A DNA stretch of 64,000 bases from Candidatus Kaiserbacteria bacterium RIFCSPHIGHO2_02_FULL_49_34 (GCA_001781205.1 MFLE01000025.1:22914-86913), one strand, 5' to 3'. Shown: positions 1 to 10,182, numbered from the stretch's first letter. Translations and numbers: made by a program. The notes: generated by a model not told the origin, from the sequence alone.

Positions 1-2
1 TA

Positions 3-422
3 CCAAAAGGCAAAAAGGTTTCTGAAGTCACCTTCGACGACGCTCTCCACTACCTCGTTCTCCCACGCACTCTCGGCGCACATGCAGAAACAGGCCTCGA
101 AATCGTCGCCAACATCGGCCGCTTCGGCCCCTACCTCGCGTACAATGGCGAATTCCGCTCACTCAAAAAAGGTGACGATCCATACACGATAACTCTTGAG
201 CGCGCTGTTGAAATCCTCGCAACTCCAAAGCCAGGACGCAAAGGCGAATCCGTCGTCAAAGACCTCGGCCTCCACCCCCGCACCAAAAAGCCCGTCATTG
301 TCTACGAATCCAAATCCGGACGCTTCCTCCGCCGCGGACTCAAACGCTTCAACATCCCCTCCGAAGTAAACATGGATACCTTCACCCTTGAAGATGCCCT
401 TGCCTACATGTCCGTAAAATAA
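3..422 (+). CDS. topA: DNA topoisomerase I, C-terminal part (runs off the window start)
   Basis: Manual translation PKGKKVSEVTFDDALHYLVLPRTLG...ANIGRFGPYL...ITLERAVEIL...MSVK*; GRFGPY-type C-terminal repeats of TopA. Confidence 0.85.
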   Translation, partial: PKGKKVSEVTFDDALHYLVLPRTLGAHAETGLEIVANIGRFGPYLAYNGEFRSLKKGDDPYTITLERAVEILATPKPGRKGESVVKDLGLHPRTKKPVIVYESKSGRFLRRGLKRFNIPSEVNMDTFTLEDALAYMSVK

Positions 423-423
423 C

Positions 424-454
424 AAAATACACTCACTTCTCATGAGTGTATTTT
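424..454 (+). terminator. Intrinsic terminator hairpin after topA
   Basis: aaaatacactca-loop-tgagtgtatttt, followed by TTGACA. Confidence 0.7.
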
Positions 455-532
455 ATTGACATTTGCTGTCATGTATGTTTTTATCTCTAGGTTCATGTTC
501 TTCTTTGCTCTTTCTTGCTACTCGGAGGCGGT

Positions 533-1114
533 ATGTATATCATCCTTGCGATACTTGTTGGATCCATTGGTTCTGTGATTACGTTCTATTACATCTGGCA
601 TCGCAGTCGCGCACGACGTCATGCGACACTATGCGGCATCCTACGTGAAGAAATCAGGGAGCTCAGAGGAGGACGCTTCCTGAACACGCAGCTTGACACA
701 GAGTTGCACCATCTCTCACAGCGACTCAAGCTCTACATGCACAGCGTGTATCGCGGCGGAGCCACGGTGGACATGCTTGACGATGTCGGTGAACAGCTGA
801 TTCGTGACGCACGCAGGCTTCGTGATTGTGCTCGGAATGATATCGCGCGACGTCGTACGGCATCGAGTATCTATGAACGAGCCTTCCCTGCCGTATATCA
901 GCTCCTTCGAGAGCGCCTCAGACAGAACGACAAAGCGGTAATGAAGATATGGCAACGCATGGTACAGGCGTCGCTCGACACAAAAGGCCCTGGCGTCTTT
1001 CGTGCAGTACGTCTGATTCAGAAACTCCAGAAAGAGTATGGCGAGCCCGTAGAACAAAACAACAATACTGCGTATAAACCCCATCCGACTGATTTTGCCT
1101 CTCGATACTCATAA
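533..1114 (+). CDS. Hypothetical protein with an N-terminal membrane anchor
   Basis: GGAGG SD before ATG 533; hydrophobic N-terminus; own terminator. Confidence 0.65.
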   Translation: MYIILAILVGSIGSVITFYYIWHRSRARRHATLCGILREEIRELRGGRFLNTQLDTELHHLSQRLKLYMHSVYRGGATVDMLDDVGEQLIRDARRLRDCARNDIARRRTASSIYERAFPAVYQLLRERLRQNDKAVMKIWQRMVQASLDTKGPGVFRAVRLIQKLQKEYGEPVEQNNNTAYKPHPTDFASRYS

Positions 1115-1132
1115 GGACTATGAGGCACCTGT

Positions 1133-1159
1133 AACGCCACTTTACGAGTGGCGTTTTTT
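1133..1159 (+). terminator. Intrinsic terminator
   Basis: aacgccact-ttacg-agtggcgtt plus T-tract; TTGACA follows at 1162. Confidence 0.75.
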
Positions 1160-1234
1160 AATTGACAATACTATCTTTTGTGGTATGGTATACATGTTCT
1201 GTTCCACTCATTCATTGCTCCTTGGAGGTTACAC

Positions 1235-1558
1235 ATGTCCCAACCCACCACTCCCGAAGGTGTAAACCTTACCAGTGTCGACCTTGGCCGTCAGTATGGC
1301 GGCCTGCGCCACGACCAGCTCTACGCGTTCTTCACGGGGCTCAAGGAAGGTCTCGAGAATCGGGAAGATGTAAAATCGAATCCCGCCATCGCGCAGCAGT
1401 GCGAGCACATGCTGATCCACCTCGGCTTCATGATGACGCATGCATACAACGCGCATACGCATGAGAAAAACAAACTCGGCAGTAGCCTCGAGAACGAACG
1501 GACGGTCACGTTCAACGTAACCCCCACCAACAAGCTCATCTGGCCCGACGAGGAATAA
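1235..1558 (+). CDS. Hypothetical protein
   Basis: GGAGG SD before ATG 1235; promoter upstream; terminator hairpin at about 1578-1609. Confidence 0.65.
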   Translation: MSQPTTPEGVNLTSVDLGRQYGGLRHDQLYAFFTGLKEGLENREDVKSNPAIAQQCEHMLIHLGFMMTHAYNAHTHEKNKLGSSLENERTVTFNVTPTNKLIWPDEE

Positions 1559-1689
1559 CCTCGCCCGCGCCACGCACAAGGCCCTCTACGCAAGTAGATG
1601 GCCTTTTTTCTGTAACCTGCAAATCACTAATAAAAATACTCCGCCAAATCTGGCGGAGCGTGAGTGTTTCCTATGTGCAGAGACGAAAA

Positions 1690-2160
1690 TTAATCAACGT
1701 CATAGCTGCCGACACATCCATCGTCCCAAGAACGCGCAAATTTGAAACATGCGCCTGGTTGTTCTTTCAGCGCATGCATTGCATGATAGAGACTCACCCC
1801 TTCGAGACCTTCATCCTTAACACGTCTGCCGAAGCAATTGATATCTACGGAATGACTCGGAGCAACACCCCTTTTACCGCCATCGGTCACACATGACCCA
1901 GACAACGTTTCAAATGCTGTGAAGCATGGGACGCCGAATATTTCCTCTTTCGTGTAGAACGATTTTACAAATTCCTGCACCGCCTTCGGGCTGTCTTCAA
2001 CCGCCTTCTGCGTAATTGCTACAAACCGCGCTTCATGTCTCATGTGTTGTACCTCGCAAGATTTTAAATGAACAAGTCTGCCACGGAGTGCGAACATGGT
2101 ATGGTGTCCCACACAGTATCCACACTCTCTTCCCCGACGAGCGTAGCACATCTCCACCAT
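1690..2160 (-). CDS. Hypothetical protein (start uncertain)
   Basis: ORF followed by a minus-strand terminator at about 1633-1659. Confidence 0.45.
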   Translation of the reverse strand: MVEMCYARRGRECGYCVGHHTMFALRGRLVHLKSCEVQHMRHEARFVAITQKAVEDSPKAVQEFVKSFYTKEEIFGVPCFTAFETLSGSCVTDGGKRGVAPSHSVDINCFGRRVKDEGLEGVSLYHAMHALKEQPGACFKFARSWDDGCVGSYDVD

Positions 2161-2164
2161 AACG

Positions 2165-2210
2165 CAATCAAAATCAAAACAAAAAACAATCGATTGCTCG
2201 ATTGTTTTTT
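2165..2210. repeat. Direct-repeat copy 1 of a terminator hairpin flanking pirin
   Basis: caatcaaaatcaaaacaaaaaacaatcgattgctcgattgtttttt; near-identical to 3130-3175. Confidence 0.9.
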
Positions 2211-2320
2211 ACAACATCTCCTACCACTCCATTACGAGGTTTGTATCTATCAGCTACGGAACTGGGGGATGTGGATTATGTGATGTCTACACCTCAAAAG
2301 TTTTTCTGATGTCTTGTTTA

Positions 2321-3049
2321 TTATTGCATTGGTATCTCAATAGCTAACACCTCTGTTCTGTCATTCGCCATCAGTGGAATAGATTGCAAATACTCGACAC
2401 CGAGAGCATCACGAGAAGACAAGGCAGTATCAGCAATGGTTACCTCTCCACTCATTACGAAGAAATACACTCCGTTCCCTGGCTTTTTAACGACATAGGT
2501 AGACGAATGCCCCTTGTTCATTACAATTCTTGAAATGTACGCATCTTGATTGATAGTGAGCACGCCTTCATGTTCTGTAGGAGCAACAAGGAGTTTTTCT
2601 CCCGGCTCTGATTGAAGGAACGACTGCTGATTATAGTGTGGCTCAATATTCCTGATTCGTGGTGTTATCCATATCTGAAATAATTGTAAATCGTCATCTC
2701 CGTCATTGTACTCAGAATGCCACACGCCTGCACCCGCGGACATAACCTGCACCTCCCCAGATGGAAGAGTTCCAATATTTCCCATGCTATCTTTATGGGT
2801 AAGCACCCCCTTGGTGACTATGGTGATAATCTCCATATTTTCATGACTGTGCGCACCAAAGCCAGAACCAGCTTTGATAGTGTCATCATTTAAAACTCGA
2901 AGCGCCCCAAACCCCATACGAGTAGGTTCGTACCAGTGCGCAAAACTGAAGCTAAAACGTGTTGAAAGCCAGTCATGCTCGCCGACGCCACGATTATCTG
3001 CTCTATGGATAGTTAGTTGTGTTTTCTGTTGCATAGTATGTATACACAT
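2321..3049 (-). CDS. Pirin family protein (YhhW-like)
   Basis: FSF...MGFGALRVLNDD...GFGAHSHENMEIIT...HKDSMGN...QVMSAGAGVWHSE motifs. Confidence 0.93.
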   Translation of the reverse strand: MCIHTMQQKTQLTIHRADNRGVGEHDWLSTRFSFSFAHWYEPTRMGFGALRVLNDDTIKAGSGFGAHSHENMEIITIVTKGVLTHKDSMGNIGTLPSGEVQVMSAGAGVWHSEYNDGDDDLQLFQIWITPRIRNIEPHYNQQSFLQSEPGEKLLVAPTEHEGVLTINQDAYISRIVMNKGHSSTYVVKKPGNGVYFFVMSGEVTIADTALSSRDALGVEYLQSIPLMANDRTEVLAIEIPMQ

Positions 3050-3129
3050 GAATAATACCTACAGTATACACAGATAGTTTACATTGTAAACTATCTTTAC
3101 CAATAAACGTGCGTGATCCATTTATTGCA

Positions 3130-3175
3130 CAATCAAATGGAAAACAAAAAACAATCGATTGCTCGATTGTTTTTT
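3130..3175. repeat. Direct-repeat copy 2 (likely the fusA terminator)
   Basis: caatcaaatggaaaacaaaaaacaatcgattgctcgattgttttt; matches 2165-2210. Confidence 0.9.
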
Positions 3176-3195
3176 TGCTGTTCTGCGAACGTTCT

Positions 3196-3320
3196 GAGGA
3201 CTTTCAAAATTGGATGAAATTGTGCTGGTTGGAGTAAAATTTTCTCGGGGCCGTACTTTAAGTACGGTGAGGAGGAAATTTTGCGAAACCAGTGCGAGTT
3301 CGCCAATTTTGGAAGTTCTT
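3196..3320 (+). repeat. 125-nt imperfect palindrome downstream of fusA
   Basis: gaggactttcaaaattgg...ccgtact-tta-agtacgg...ccaattttggaagttctt. Confidence 0.8.
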
Positions 3321-3323
3321 CAA

Positions 3324-5501
3324 TTATTCTACGTCTGCATCTACCACACCGCGTTCCTTCTTGATTTCCATTGCGATGTTTGGTGGTACGACGCCGTAGT
3401 GGTCGAATTCCATAGTCATGTTGCCACGGCCTTCGGTCATTGAACGGAGGGCTGTTGTGTAGCCGAAGAGTTCTGAGAGTGGTACCTTTGCGCGAATTGC
3501 GTGTACCATTCCTCGTTCTTCCATACCTTCTACCATACCGCGTTTTGATGAGAGTGAGCCGTTGACGTCACCTACGAACTTTTCAGGAACGGTAACTTCT
3601 ACCTTCATGACTGGCTCGAGGAGTACGGCGTTTGCCTTGCGAGCTGCTGCCTTGAATGCGTTAATTGCGGCGAGGCGGAATGCAATTTCTGACGAGTCAA
3701 CATCATGGTATGAACCATCGTAGAGCTCGACTGATACGTCTTCCATCTTGTAGCCGGCAACGAATCCGCGCCCCATAGCTTCCTTCGCTCCCTTCATAAC
3801 TGCTGGGATGAATTCGTTTGGAATCACACCTCCCTTGATGCTGTCGACAAACTCGAAGTGGTCTTCGCGCTTAACGTTCTTTGGGAGTGCTTCTTCGCCT
3901 TCTGGGCGAGGTTCGAGTGGCTTGATACGGATCTTAACGTGTCCGTACTGTCCACGACCACCTGACTGCTTGAGGTACTTGTAGTCTGCTTCGGCAGGGT
4001 TCTGGATAGTTTCGCGGTAGGCTACCTGTGGCTTGCCTACGTTTACTTCTACGCCGAACTCACGCTTCATGCGGTCAACGAGGATTTCGAGGTGGAGTTC
4101 ACCCATACCTGCGATGATAGTGTCCATTGTTTCTTCGTCGGTTGATACCTTGAAGGTTGGGTCTTCATCAGCAAGCTTGCGGAGTGCCATACCCATTTTT
4201 TCCTGGTCAACCTTTGTCTTTGGTTCGACGCGGAGTGCAACCACTGGTTCTGGGAAGGTAATCTGGTCGAGCGCAATTGGCTTGCCTTCGTCAGAAAGTG
4301 TGTGTGAGGTCTTCACACCCTTGAGGCCTACTGCTGCAGCGATTTCGCCGGTGTAGACTTCGGTAACTTCTTCACGCTTGTCTGCCATGAGGCGCACGAT
4401 GCGAGAGATACGTTCCTTTTCGCCGGTGTTTACGTTGTATACATATGAACCTGACTTGAGGGTACCTGAGTAGACTCGGAGGAAGGTAAGCGCACCAACG
4501 AACGGGTCGGTCTGGAGCTTGAAGGCGAGTGCCGCAAGTGGTGCGTCGTCTTTCTGTTCGAATGCAACTACTTCGTCAGTGTCTGGGTTGATACCTGTTA
4601 CTTTACCGTCGTTGCGCTCTACTGGTGATGGGAGGTAATCTACCACACCGTCGAGAACACGCTGTACACCAACGTTCTTGAGAGCTGAACCAGTAAATAC
4701 TGGGAAGATTTCGTTTGCGATAACTGCCTTACGGAGTGCTGCGCGGAGTTCTTCGGTTGGGATAGTTTCGCCGCCGAAGAAACGCTCCATGAGTGCGTCA
4801 TCGTGCTGTACAATGCGCTCAATGAGTTCTGCATGGTACTTCTGTGCTTCTTCGAGATGATCTGCAGGAATTTCAACCGCAGTTACGTCCATTCCCATAT
4901 TCCCCGTGAAGGTGTACGCCTTCATTTCGAGAAGGTCGATAACGCCTTGGAGTTCTGCTTCTGCGCCCCATGGAATCTGGTAGCGAACTGCCTTTGGAGA
5001 AAGGCGAGCGAGGATGGTTGCATATGAGCGCTCGAAAGAGGCACCCGTACGGTCCATCTTGTTAATGAAACAGATACGTGGCACTTCCGCTTCATCGGCA
5101 TAGCGCCAGTTGGTTTCTGACTGTGGTTCTACACCGGCAACACCGTCGAACACCACAACTGCACCGTCGAGCACGCGCATAGAGCGCTTTACTTCTGCGG
5201 TAAAGTCGATGTGTCCTGGTGTGTCGATCACGTTGAACGTGTACATGTGTGAAGTATCCTTGCGGTCCACAATGTCAGTCTTTGACCAGTTACAAGAAAT
5301 CGCAGCTGCAGTAATGGTAATACCGCGCTCGCGCTCTTGTTCCATCCAGTCGGTGGTTGTTTCGCCGTCGTGCACTTCGCCGATTTTGTGCGTCATGCCG
5401 GTATAGAAAAGTACGCGTTCAGACGTTGTCGTCTTGCCAGCGTCGACGTGTGCAACAATACCGAAGTTGCGTGTCTTGAGAAGCGGAAATGCTCGTGCCA
5501 T
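3324..5501 (-). CDS. fusA: Elongation factor G
   Basis: AHVDAGKTT, RGITI, DTPGHIDF, NKMD, GMGELHLE motifs. Confidence 0.98.
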   Translation of the reverse strand: MARAFPLLKTRNFGIVAHVDAGKTTTSERVLFYTGMTHKIGEVHDGETTTDWMEQERERGITITAAAISCNWSKTDIVDRKDTSHMYTFNVIDTPGHIDFTAEVKRSMRVLDGAVVVFDGVAGVEPQSETNWRYADEAEVPRICFINKMDRTGASFERSYATILARLSPKAVRYQIPWGAEAELQGVIDLLEMKAYTFTGNMGMDVTAVEIPADHLEEAQKYHAELIERIVQHDDALMERFFGGETIPTEELRAALRKAVIANEIFPVFTGSALKNVGVQRVLDGVVDYLPSPVERNDGKVTGINPDTDEVVAFEQKDDAPLAALAFKLQTDPFVGALTFLRVYSGTLKSGSYVYNVNTGEKERISRIVRLMADKREEVTEVYTGEIAAAVGLKGVKTSHTLSDEGKPIALDQITFPEPVVALRVEPKTKVDQEKMGMALRKLADEDPTFKVSTDEETMDTIIAGMGELHLEILVDRMKREFGVEVNVGKPQVAYRETIQNPAEADYKYLKQSGGRGQYGHVKIRIKPLEPRPEGEEALPKNVKREDHFEFVDSIKGGVIPNEFIPAVMKGAKEAMGRGFVAGYKMEDVSVELYDGSYHDVDSSEIAFRLAAINAFKAAARKANAVLLEPVMKVEVTVPEKFVGDVNGSLSSKRGMVEGMEERGMVHAIRAKVPLSELFGYTTALRSMTEGRGNMTMEFDHYGVVPPNIAMEIKKERGVVDADVE

Positions 5502-5724
5502 ATATAATGTATATAATTAATTAAAAACTGTTGTGTTTATGCCGCGCACTATAGCAAAAGAACGGCAATAAAGCAATGAGAAACAAGTGTTCACTGCCAG
5601 AGGTGACATGGGACTAACGGCAACCTACATCGCTCTAGTGCGATTACCTTACGACTGTTCGTATCAATATGCGACAACATAAAAACCCCGCAACTGCGGG
5701 GTTTGGCTAAACTGGGTGATGGAT

Positions 5725-6078
5725 CTACTCATCATAATCTTCATCATCACGAATCGTTAGTCTCTTATCTGTGCAGACATTGAATTCGTTTATGGCAAGC
5801 CATGTGTCGTCATTATAGATGGCCTGAAGATTAAAATAGCAAGTGTCGGTGCCATCGTCAATGTTTACAACAACACTATTCCCCGCCTCGAGTACTTCGG
5901 AGCCAAGAATATCCTCTCGCCACTCACCACCCGGACTGTTCGACGCATAGACCCTCATAATTGTATCGGGTGTATCATTAATCAGCCAGACATGTCGATC
6001 TTCCGCATGTGCGGTCGAACCAACAGCAAGCATCAGAAGACACGCGAGCGACACAACGGCTTTGTTAAAAGTTTTCAT
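5725..6078 (-). CDS. Small secreted protein, paralog 1
   Basis: Signal peptide MKTFNKAVVSLACLLMLAVGSTAHA; two Cys in mature part; paralog adjacent. Confidence 0.8.
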   Translation of the reverse strand: MKTFNKAVVSLACLLMLAVGSTAHAEDRHVWLINDTPDTIMRVYASNSPGGEWREDILGSEVLEAGNSVVVNIDDGTDTCYFNLQAIYNDDTWLAINEFNVCTDKRLTIRDDEDYDE

Positions 6079-6291
6079 GTGGTGAATCCTCATCATTATG
6101 CGAAGGAACATTAGGGGTGCTATCGATAGGCAGAGTACATCATGTTTGACAATAATGCAATGAGAAACAAGTGTTCTCTGCCAGAGACGACACAGGACGG
6201 ACAACAACCTGCACCGCCCTAGTGCTTGACTTGTGACTGCCACATAATAAAGACCCCGCTGCTGCGGGGTCTGGCCACACCGATGGTGGAG

Positions 6292-6627
6292 CTACTCTTG
6301 AATCGTCCAGCTGTTACCTGTACAGACATTAAAATCGTTACCGACAGTCGAGGTGCCATCGTTAAATTTGACCTTAAGATCAAAATAGCAACTGCCGGAG
6401 CCGTCATCGATGTCCACACGAACACGACTCCATGGCTTGAGCTCTTTTAGTCCATACATATACTCTTTTCTATCCTCACCCAAGCGATTTGACACATAGA
6501 GCTCTATGATCCAATAGGATGTATCATTAATAAGCCAGACACGTCGATCTTCCGCATGTGCGGACGAACCCACAGCAAGCATCAGAAGACAAGCGAGCGA
6601 CACAAGGGCTTTGTTGAAAGTTTTCAT
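6292..6627 (-). CDS. Small secreted protein, paralog 2
   Basis: Signal peptide MKTFNKALVSLACLLMLAVGSSAHA; same DDG..CYF..FNVC pattern. Confidence 0.8.
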   Translation of the reverse strand: MKTFNKALVSLACLLMLAVGSSAHAEDRRVWLINDTSYWIIELYVSNRLGEDRKEYMYGLKELKPWSRVRVDIDDGSGSCYFDLKVKFNDGTSTVGNDFNVCTGNSWTIQE

Positions 6628-6773
6628 GTGGTGAATCCTCATCAATACGTGAAGGAACAACAGGGTGCTATCGATAAGCAGAGTACATCATGTTTGACAC
6701 TAGTGCAAGAGCAATGCAAAGTTTATCTTGCCACACTACTGCAACAACACCTCCATTCGCGGAGGTGTGGGTT

Positions 6774-7760
6774 TTATTCGTCGTCTGACTCGTCGTTGCC
6801 GACTGCAGGGGGATTTTTGAGCGCTGCAATGATTTGGCTGATGTCTCCTTCTAGGACTGCGGGGATGTTGTGCCACGACACCTTGATACGATGGTCGGTG
6901 ATGCGGTTTTGTGGGAAGTTGTAGGTACGGATTTTTTCTGAACGGTCGCCGGTGCCGATTTGGTCTTTACGCTCTGAAGCGTTTTTCTTCGCATCTTCTT
7001 CTTCATGCATGGCATCGATTTTTGCAATAAGAATCGACATTGCCTTTTCACGGTTTTTAAGCTGGGACCGTTCTGACTGTGAACGCACATCGATACCGGT
7101 TGGTTTATGGAAGAGTCGCACGGCGGTTTCCACCTTGTTGACGTTCTGTCCACCGGCGCCGCCTGACTTGGAATACTCCATTTCGATGTCACTTTCTTTG
7201 AGTTCGTACTTTGACTTTTTACGCAGTGGCAAAATAGCGACTGATGCGGTTGAAGTGTGAATGCGTCCCATTTTTTCCGTCACCGGTACGCGCTGCACAC
7301 GATGCACGCCTGTTTCAAAGCGTAAGTCGTCGTAGGCACCATTGCCGACAATTTCAAACACAGCTTCCTTGTAGCCACCAGCTTCGTTCATTGATTCATA
7401 TTCGCGCGAGACCTTCCAACCCTTTGACTCCGCATACTTTTGGTAAAGTTCCGCGAGCTGGAGTGCAAAGAGTGATGCTTCGTCACCCCCGGCTCCCGCA
7501 CGGACTTCAAGCACGACACCATACGGACGTGCTTCTTCTTCCTTCCCTGCTTCTTCAATGCGCTTCATTTCGGTAAAGAGCGCATCGAGCTGCGCTTCAA
7601 CATCGGCGAGTTCGACATCCGCAAGCTCAGCCATGCTTTCATCTTCCTTAAGCAACAGCGCATCGTGTTGACGTGCAAAAAGCGCATCGCCCTGGGCGGT
7701 GTAAAATTGCGTGCGTGGGCTCTCTTTAAACGGAATGAGGTCTGCTTCAGAATATTTCAT
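6774..7760 (-). CDS. prfA: Peptide chain release factor 1
   Basis: [12 protein letters not shown] (PxT motif of RF1), [25 protein letters not shown]. Confidence 0.95.
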   Translation of the reverse strand: MKYSEADLIPFKESPRTQFYTAQGDALFARQHDALLLKEDESMAELADVELADVEAQLDALFTEMKRIEEAGKEEEARPYGVVLEVRAGAGGDEASLFALQLAELYQKYAESKGWKVSREYESMNEAGGYKEAVFEIVGNGAYDDLRFETGVHRVQRVPVTEKMGRIHTSTASVAILPLRKKSKYELKESDIEMEYSKSGGAGGQNVNKVETAVRLFHKPTGIDVRSQSERSQLKNREKAMSILIAKIDAMHEEEDAKKNASERKDQIGTGDRSEKIRTYNFPQNRITDHRIKVSWHNIPAVLEGDISQIIAALKNPPAVGNDESDDE

Positions 7761-7773
7761 AGAGGTACTTATA

Positions 7774-8172
7774 CTATATATTGAGGATTTTTGCTATAAA
7801 TTTCTGCCACCATGACTTTTCTTCAGGCAGTTCTAACTCATCCGGCACTATTTCCTCTTTTTTTGTTTCCGGTAAAATAACAAGTGACTCTCCTTTTTGT
7901 GCAACATCAAATGACTGACGAATATACTCCTCTTTCCCTGCGTCACTTTCTGCATACGCAACACGAGCCTTGAGGGTGTCATGACGATCACGTGCTGCAC
8001 GCACATCAATCGCGCGGTCTTCAGCGCGTGCATTCCATAGACGTTCTTTTTTCCACTGCGTAAAAATAATGCTGCTCGTATAGAGCGTTACAAGCACACA
8101 CACACCAAGCGTTATCGGCGAATGCACAAATCGCGACCAAGCAGAGGGAGTATGTATGCGCGGAGTTTTCAT
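7774..8172 (-). CDS. Septum formation initiator (FtsB/DivIC-like)
   Basis: Single TM helix, coiled coil, [15 protein letters not shown] motif; next to the PBP gene. Confidence 0.65.
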   Translation of the reverse strand: MKTPRIHTPSAWSRFVHSPITLGVCVLVTLYTSSIIFTQWKKERLWNARAEDRAIDVRAARDRHDTLKARVAYAESDAGKEEYIRQSFDVAQKGESLVILPETKKEEIVPDELELPEEKSWWQKFIAKILNI

Positions 8173-8237
8173 ATGCACAGTATACCTGAATTCATAGCAT
8201 ACGGAAAATGAACGAGGCATACGCACCGAGTGCGCCA

Positions 8238-9953
8238 TTATTGCGATATCGTACTGGTTGCGAGGCCGACGTACTCGGGGCGATTCTCTACCATCCAATC
8301 AACAACACCTTTCATCACCCAACTGGCACCGACTTGGTTTTTGTAGGGACCGTTTTCCATAAAGAGAATGAAGGAATATTTTGGTTCTTCATAGGGGAAG
8401 TAACCCGCCACCCACGTGTGTACCTTCGTCTTTGCGCGGTCGAGTTCGGCAGTACCAGACTTCCCTGCTATAGCGACATCCTTTCGGTCAAGTCCACGCA
8501 CGGTGCCACCATCAGTTGCGACCGCCTCACGAAGCCCCTGCTGCACCACACGTAGATATTCAGGAGCAAGCCCGAGGTCAGTCGACTCTGCGGGGACATC
8601 TTTGTAAATTGTTGGTGTATACTTCGTGCCACCATTCGCAAGCGCAGCATACGCCACCAACATTTGTACTGGCGTTACCTGCCAGCCATACTGTCCGATT
8701 GAGGTGTTATATGTGTCGCCGAGTCGCCACTCATCATCAAACACTTCCTGTTTCCATGCAGGATTTGGAACCACACCTGCACGCTCACCGGAAAGCGAAA
8801 TACCTGTCGGTACACCAAAACCAAAGCGGTTCATCCACTCATGATACTTCGTAATGCCGAGACCTTTTTGGTCTTCGGTGCCACCCGCGACCGTGTAAAA
8901 ATACACGTCGCCCGACTGCGCAATAGCACGTATCATATTGAGCGAGCCATGCGCCTTCCAGTCGCGAAAGATAGTTGGGTTTTCAGGATTGTAGCGATTC
9001 GGCACGATGAGTTTACCATCAGAATACACGGTTGTTTCGGGCGTCACCACCTTTTCAGCAAGTGCGGCATACGCCACAAATGGCTTGACAATTGAGCCAG
9101 GAATATAGGTACCGGCAATGATTTTATCCATCAGCGGCGCACGTGTGTCGTTATGCAGTTCAGCAATCTTCTCACGATCAGTACCATCAGCAAAAATCTT
9201 TGGGTCATAGGAAGGGAACCCTGCGAGCGCAATAATTTCTCCAGTATGCACGTCCATAATCGCTGCGGCTCCTGAACGGAATCCCGTTTGTGCTGTTGTG
9301 GATGCAATGAGGTCATGCATAACTTCGGTCAGCTCTGCATCGAGCGACAAGGTTACCGAATTCCCAGGCTGTGCTGGCGCAATAGTATGTTGAGCTATGA
9401 CCGTGCCTTTTACGTCTTCCTCATAGAAGCGAGTGCCGTTCTCGCCTGCAAGAAATGCATTTGCGGACTCTTCCACGCCCGCGATACCCGTGTACTCCGT
9501 ACGGAAGAACACTCCTTTTGCATCCTTGCGTGGAGCATTTACATACCCAATGACCGGCCCCATTCCGCGACGCGACGTGTATGCACGCACGGGAAAATCA
9601 TGCTCGGCGGCAATGTCGGCATCATTCCACGCAAGTGCCTCCCCAAAACGGTCAACAATTACCCCTCGCTCCGCAATAATAGTCTCCCGCCCGAGCGAAT
9701 TATTCACGCTGCGCTGATAAAACGACTCACCTTCAATAATCTGGATGACAAAAAGTCGATATGCAAACCATATCGCAACACCAAGAAACACCACACCGAC
9801 ACCGACAAGCCGTGACGTCGAAATAGGCATTTCGCGCTTCCCTTCAAGCCTATCCGCATCAACACGCGCAATATTGAGCGCATCCACGAGCACTTCATCG
9901 AACGACACTTCGCGTCGCACCGATCCAAACCTCTTTTTAAGCCATCGCAACAT
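8238..9953 (-). CDS. mrdA: Class B penicillin-binding protein 2
   Basis: N-terminal TM, AERGVIVDR dimerisation domain, PGSIVKP (SxxK), KSGT. Confidence 0.9.
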   Translation of the reverse strand: MLRWLKKRFGSVRREVSFDEVLVDALNIARVDADRLEGKREMPISTSRLVGVGVVFLGVAIWFAYRLFVIQIIEGESFYQRSVNNSLGRETIIAERGVIVDRFGEALAWNDADIAAEHDFPVRAYTSRRGMGPVIGYVNAPRKDAKGVFFRTEYTGIAGVEESANAFLAGENGTRFYEEDVKGTVIAQHTIAPAQPGNSVTLSLDAELTEVMHDLIASTTAQTGFRSGAAAIMDVHTGEIIALAGFPSYDPKIFADGTDREKIAELHNDTRAPLMDKIIAGTYIPGSIVKPFVAYAALAEKVVTPETTVYSDGKLIVPNRYNPENPTIFRDWKAHGSLNMIRAIAQSGDVYFYTVAGGTEDQKGLGITKYHEWMNRFGFGVPTGISLSGERAGVVPNPAWKQEVFDDEWRLGDTYNTSIGQYGWQVTPVQMLVAYAALANGGTKYTPTIYKDVPAESTDLGLAPEYLRVVQQGLREAVATDGGTVRGLDRKDVAIAGKSGTAELDRAKTKVHTWVAGYFPYEEPKYSFILFMENGPYKNQVGASWVMKGVVDWMVENRPEYVGLATSTISQ

Positions 9954-10011
9954 TCCCCCGAGCATAGCCTACCTCCACCTGAAATGCAAAAACACGTAGT
10001 ACGATATGACT

Positions 10012-10182
10012 CTGGATCCCGTCAGGATGAGGAGGTGAATTGGTACGAAGTGCCAAGAGTGGCTGCCCTGGGGTACAAATTTTGAGTGTAATGCCTCAAA
10101 TTATTTGATGGTTAAAATCGATTTTTACCATCTCTTTCTTCAGAGTGTCATACCCTCATTTTGTCATCCTGACGGGATCCAG
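10012..10182. repeat. REP/MITE-like palindromic element
   Basis: ctggatcccgtcaggatga ... ttaaaatcgattttta ... tcatcctgacgggatccag. Confidence 0.9.

Larger units (their letters stand above)
5573..6708. repeat. Tandem duplication of a ~550-585 bp promoter-gene-terminator unit
   Basis: gcaatgagaaacaagtgttc at 5573 and 6157; matching ccccgc..gcgggg hairpins; matching upstream gagtacatcatgtttgaca. Confidence 0.9.
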
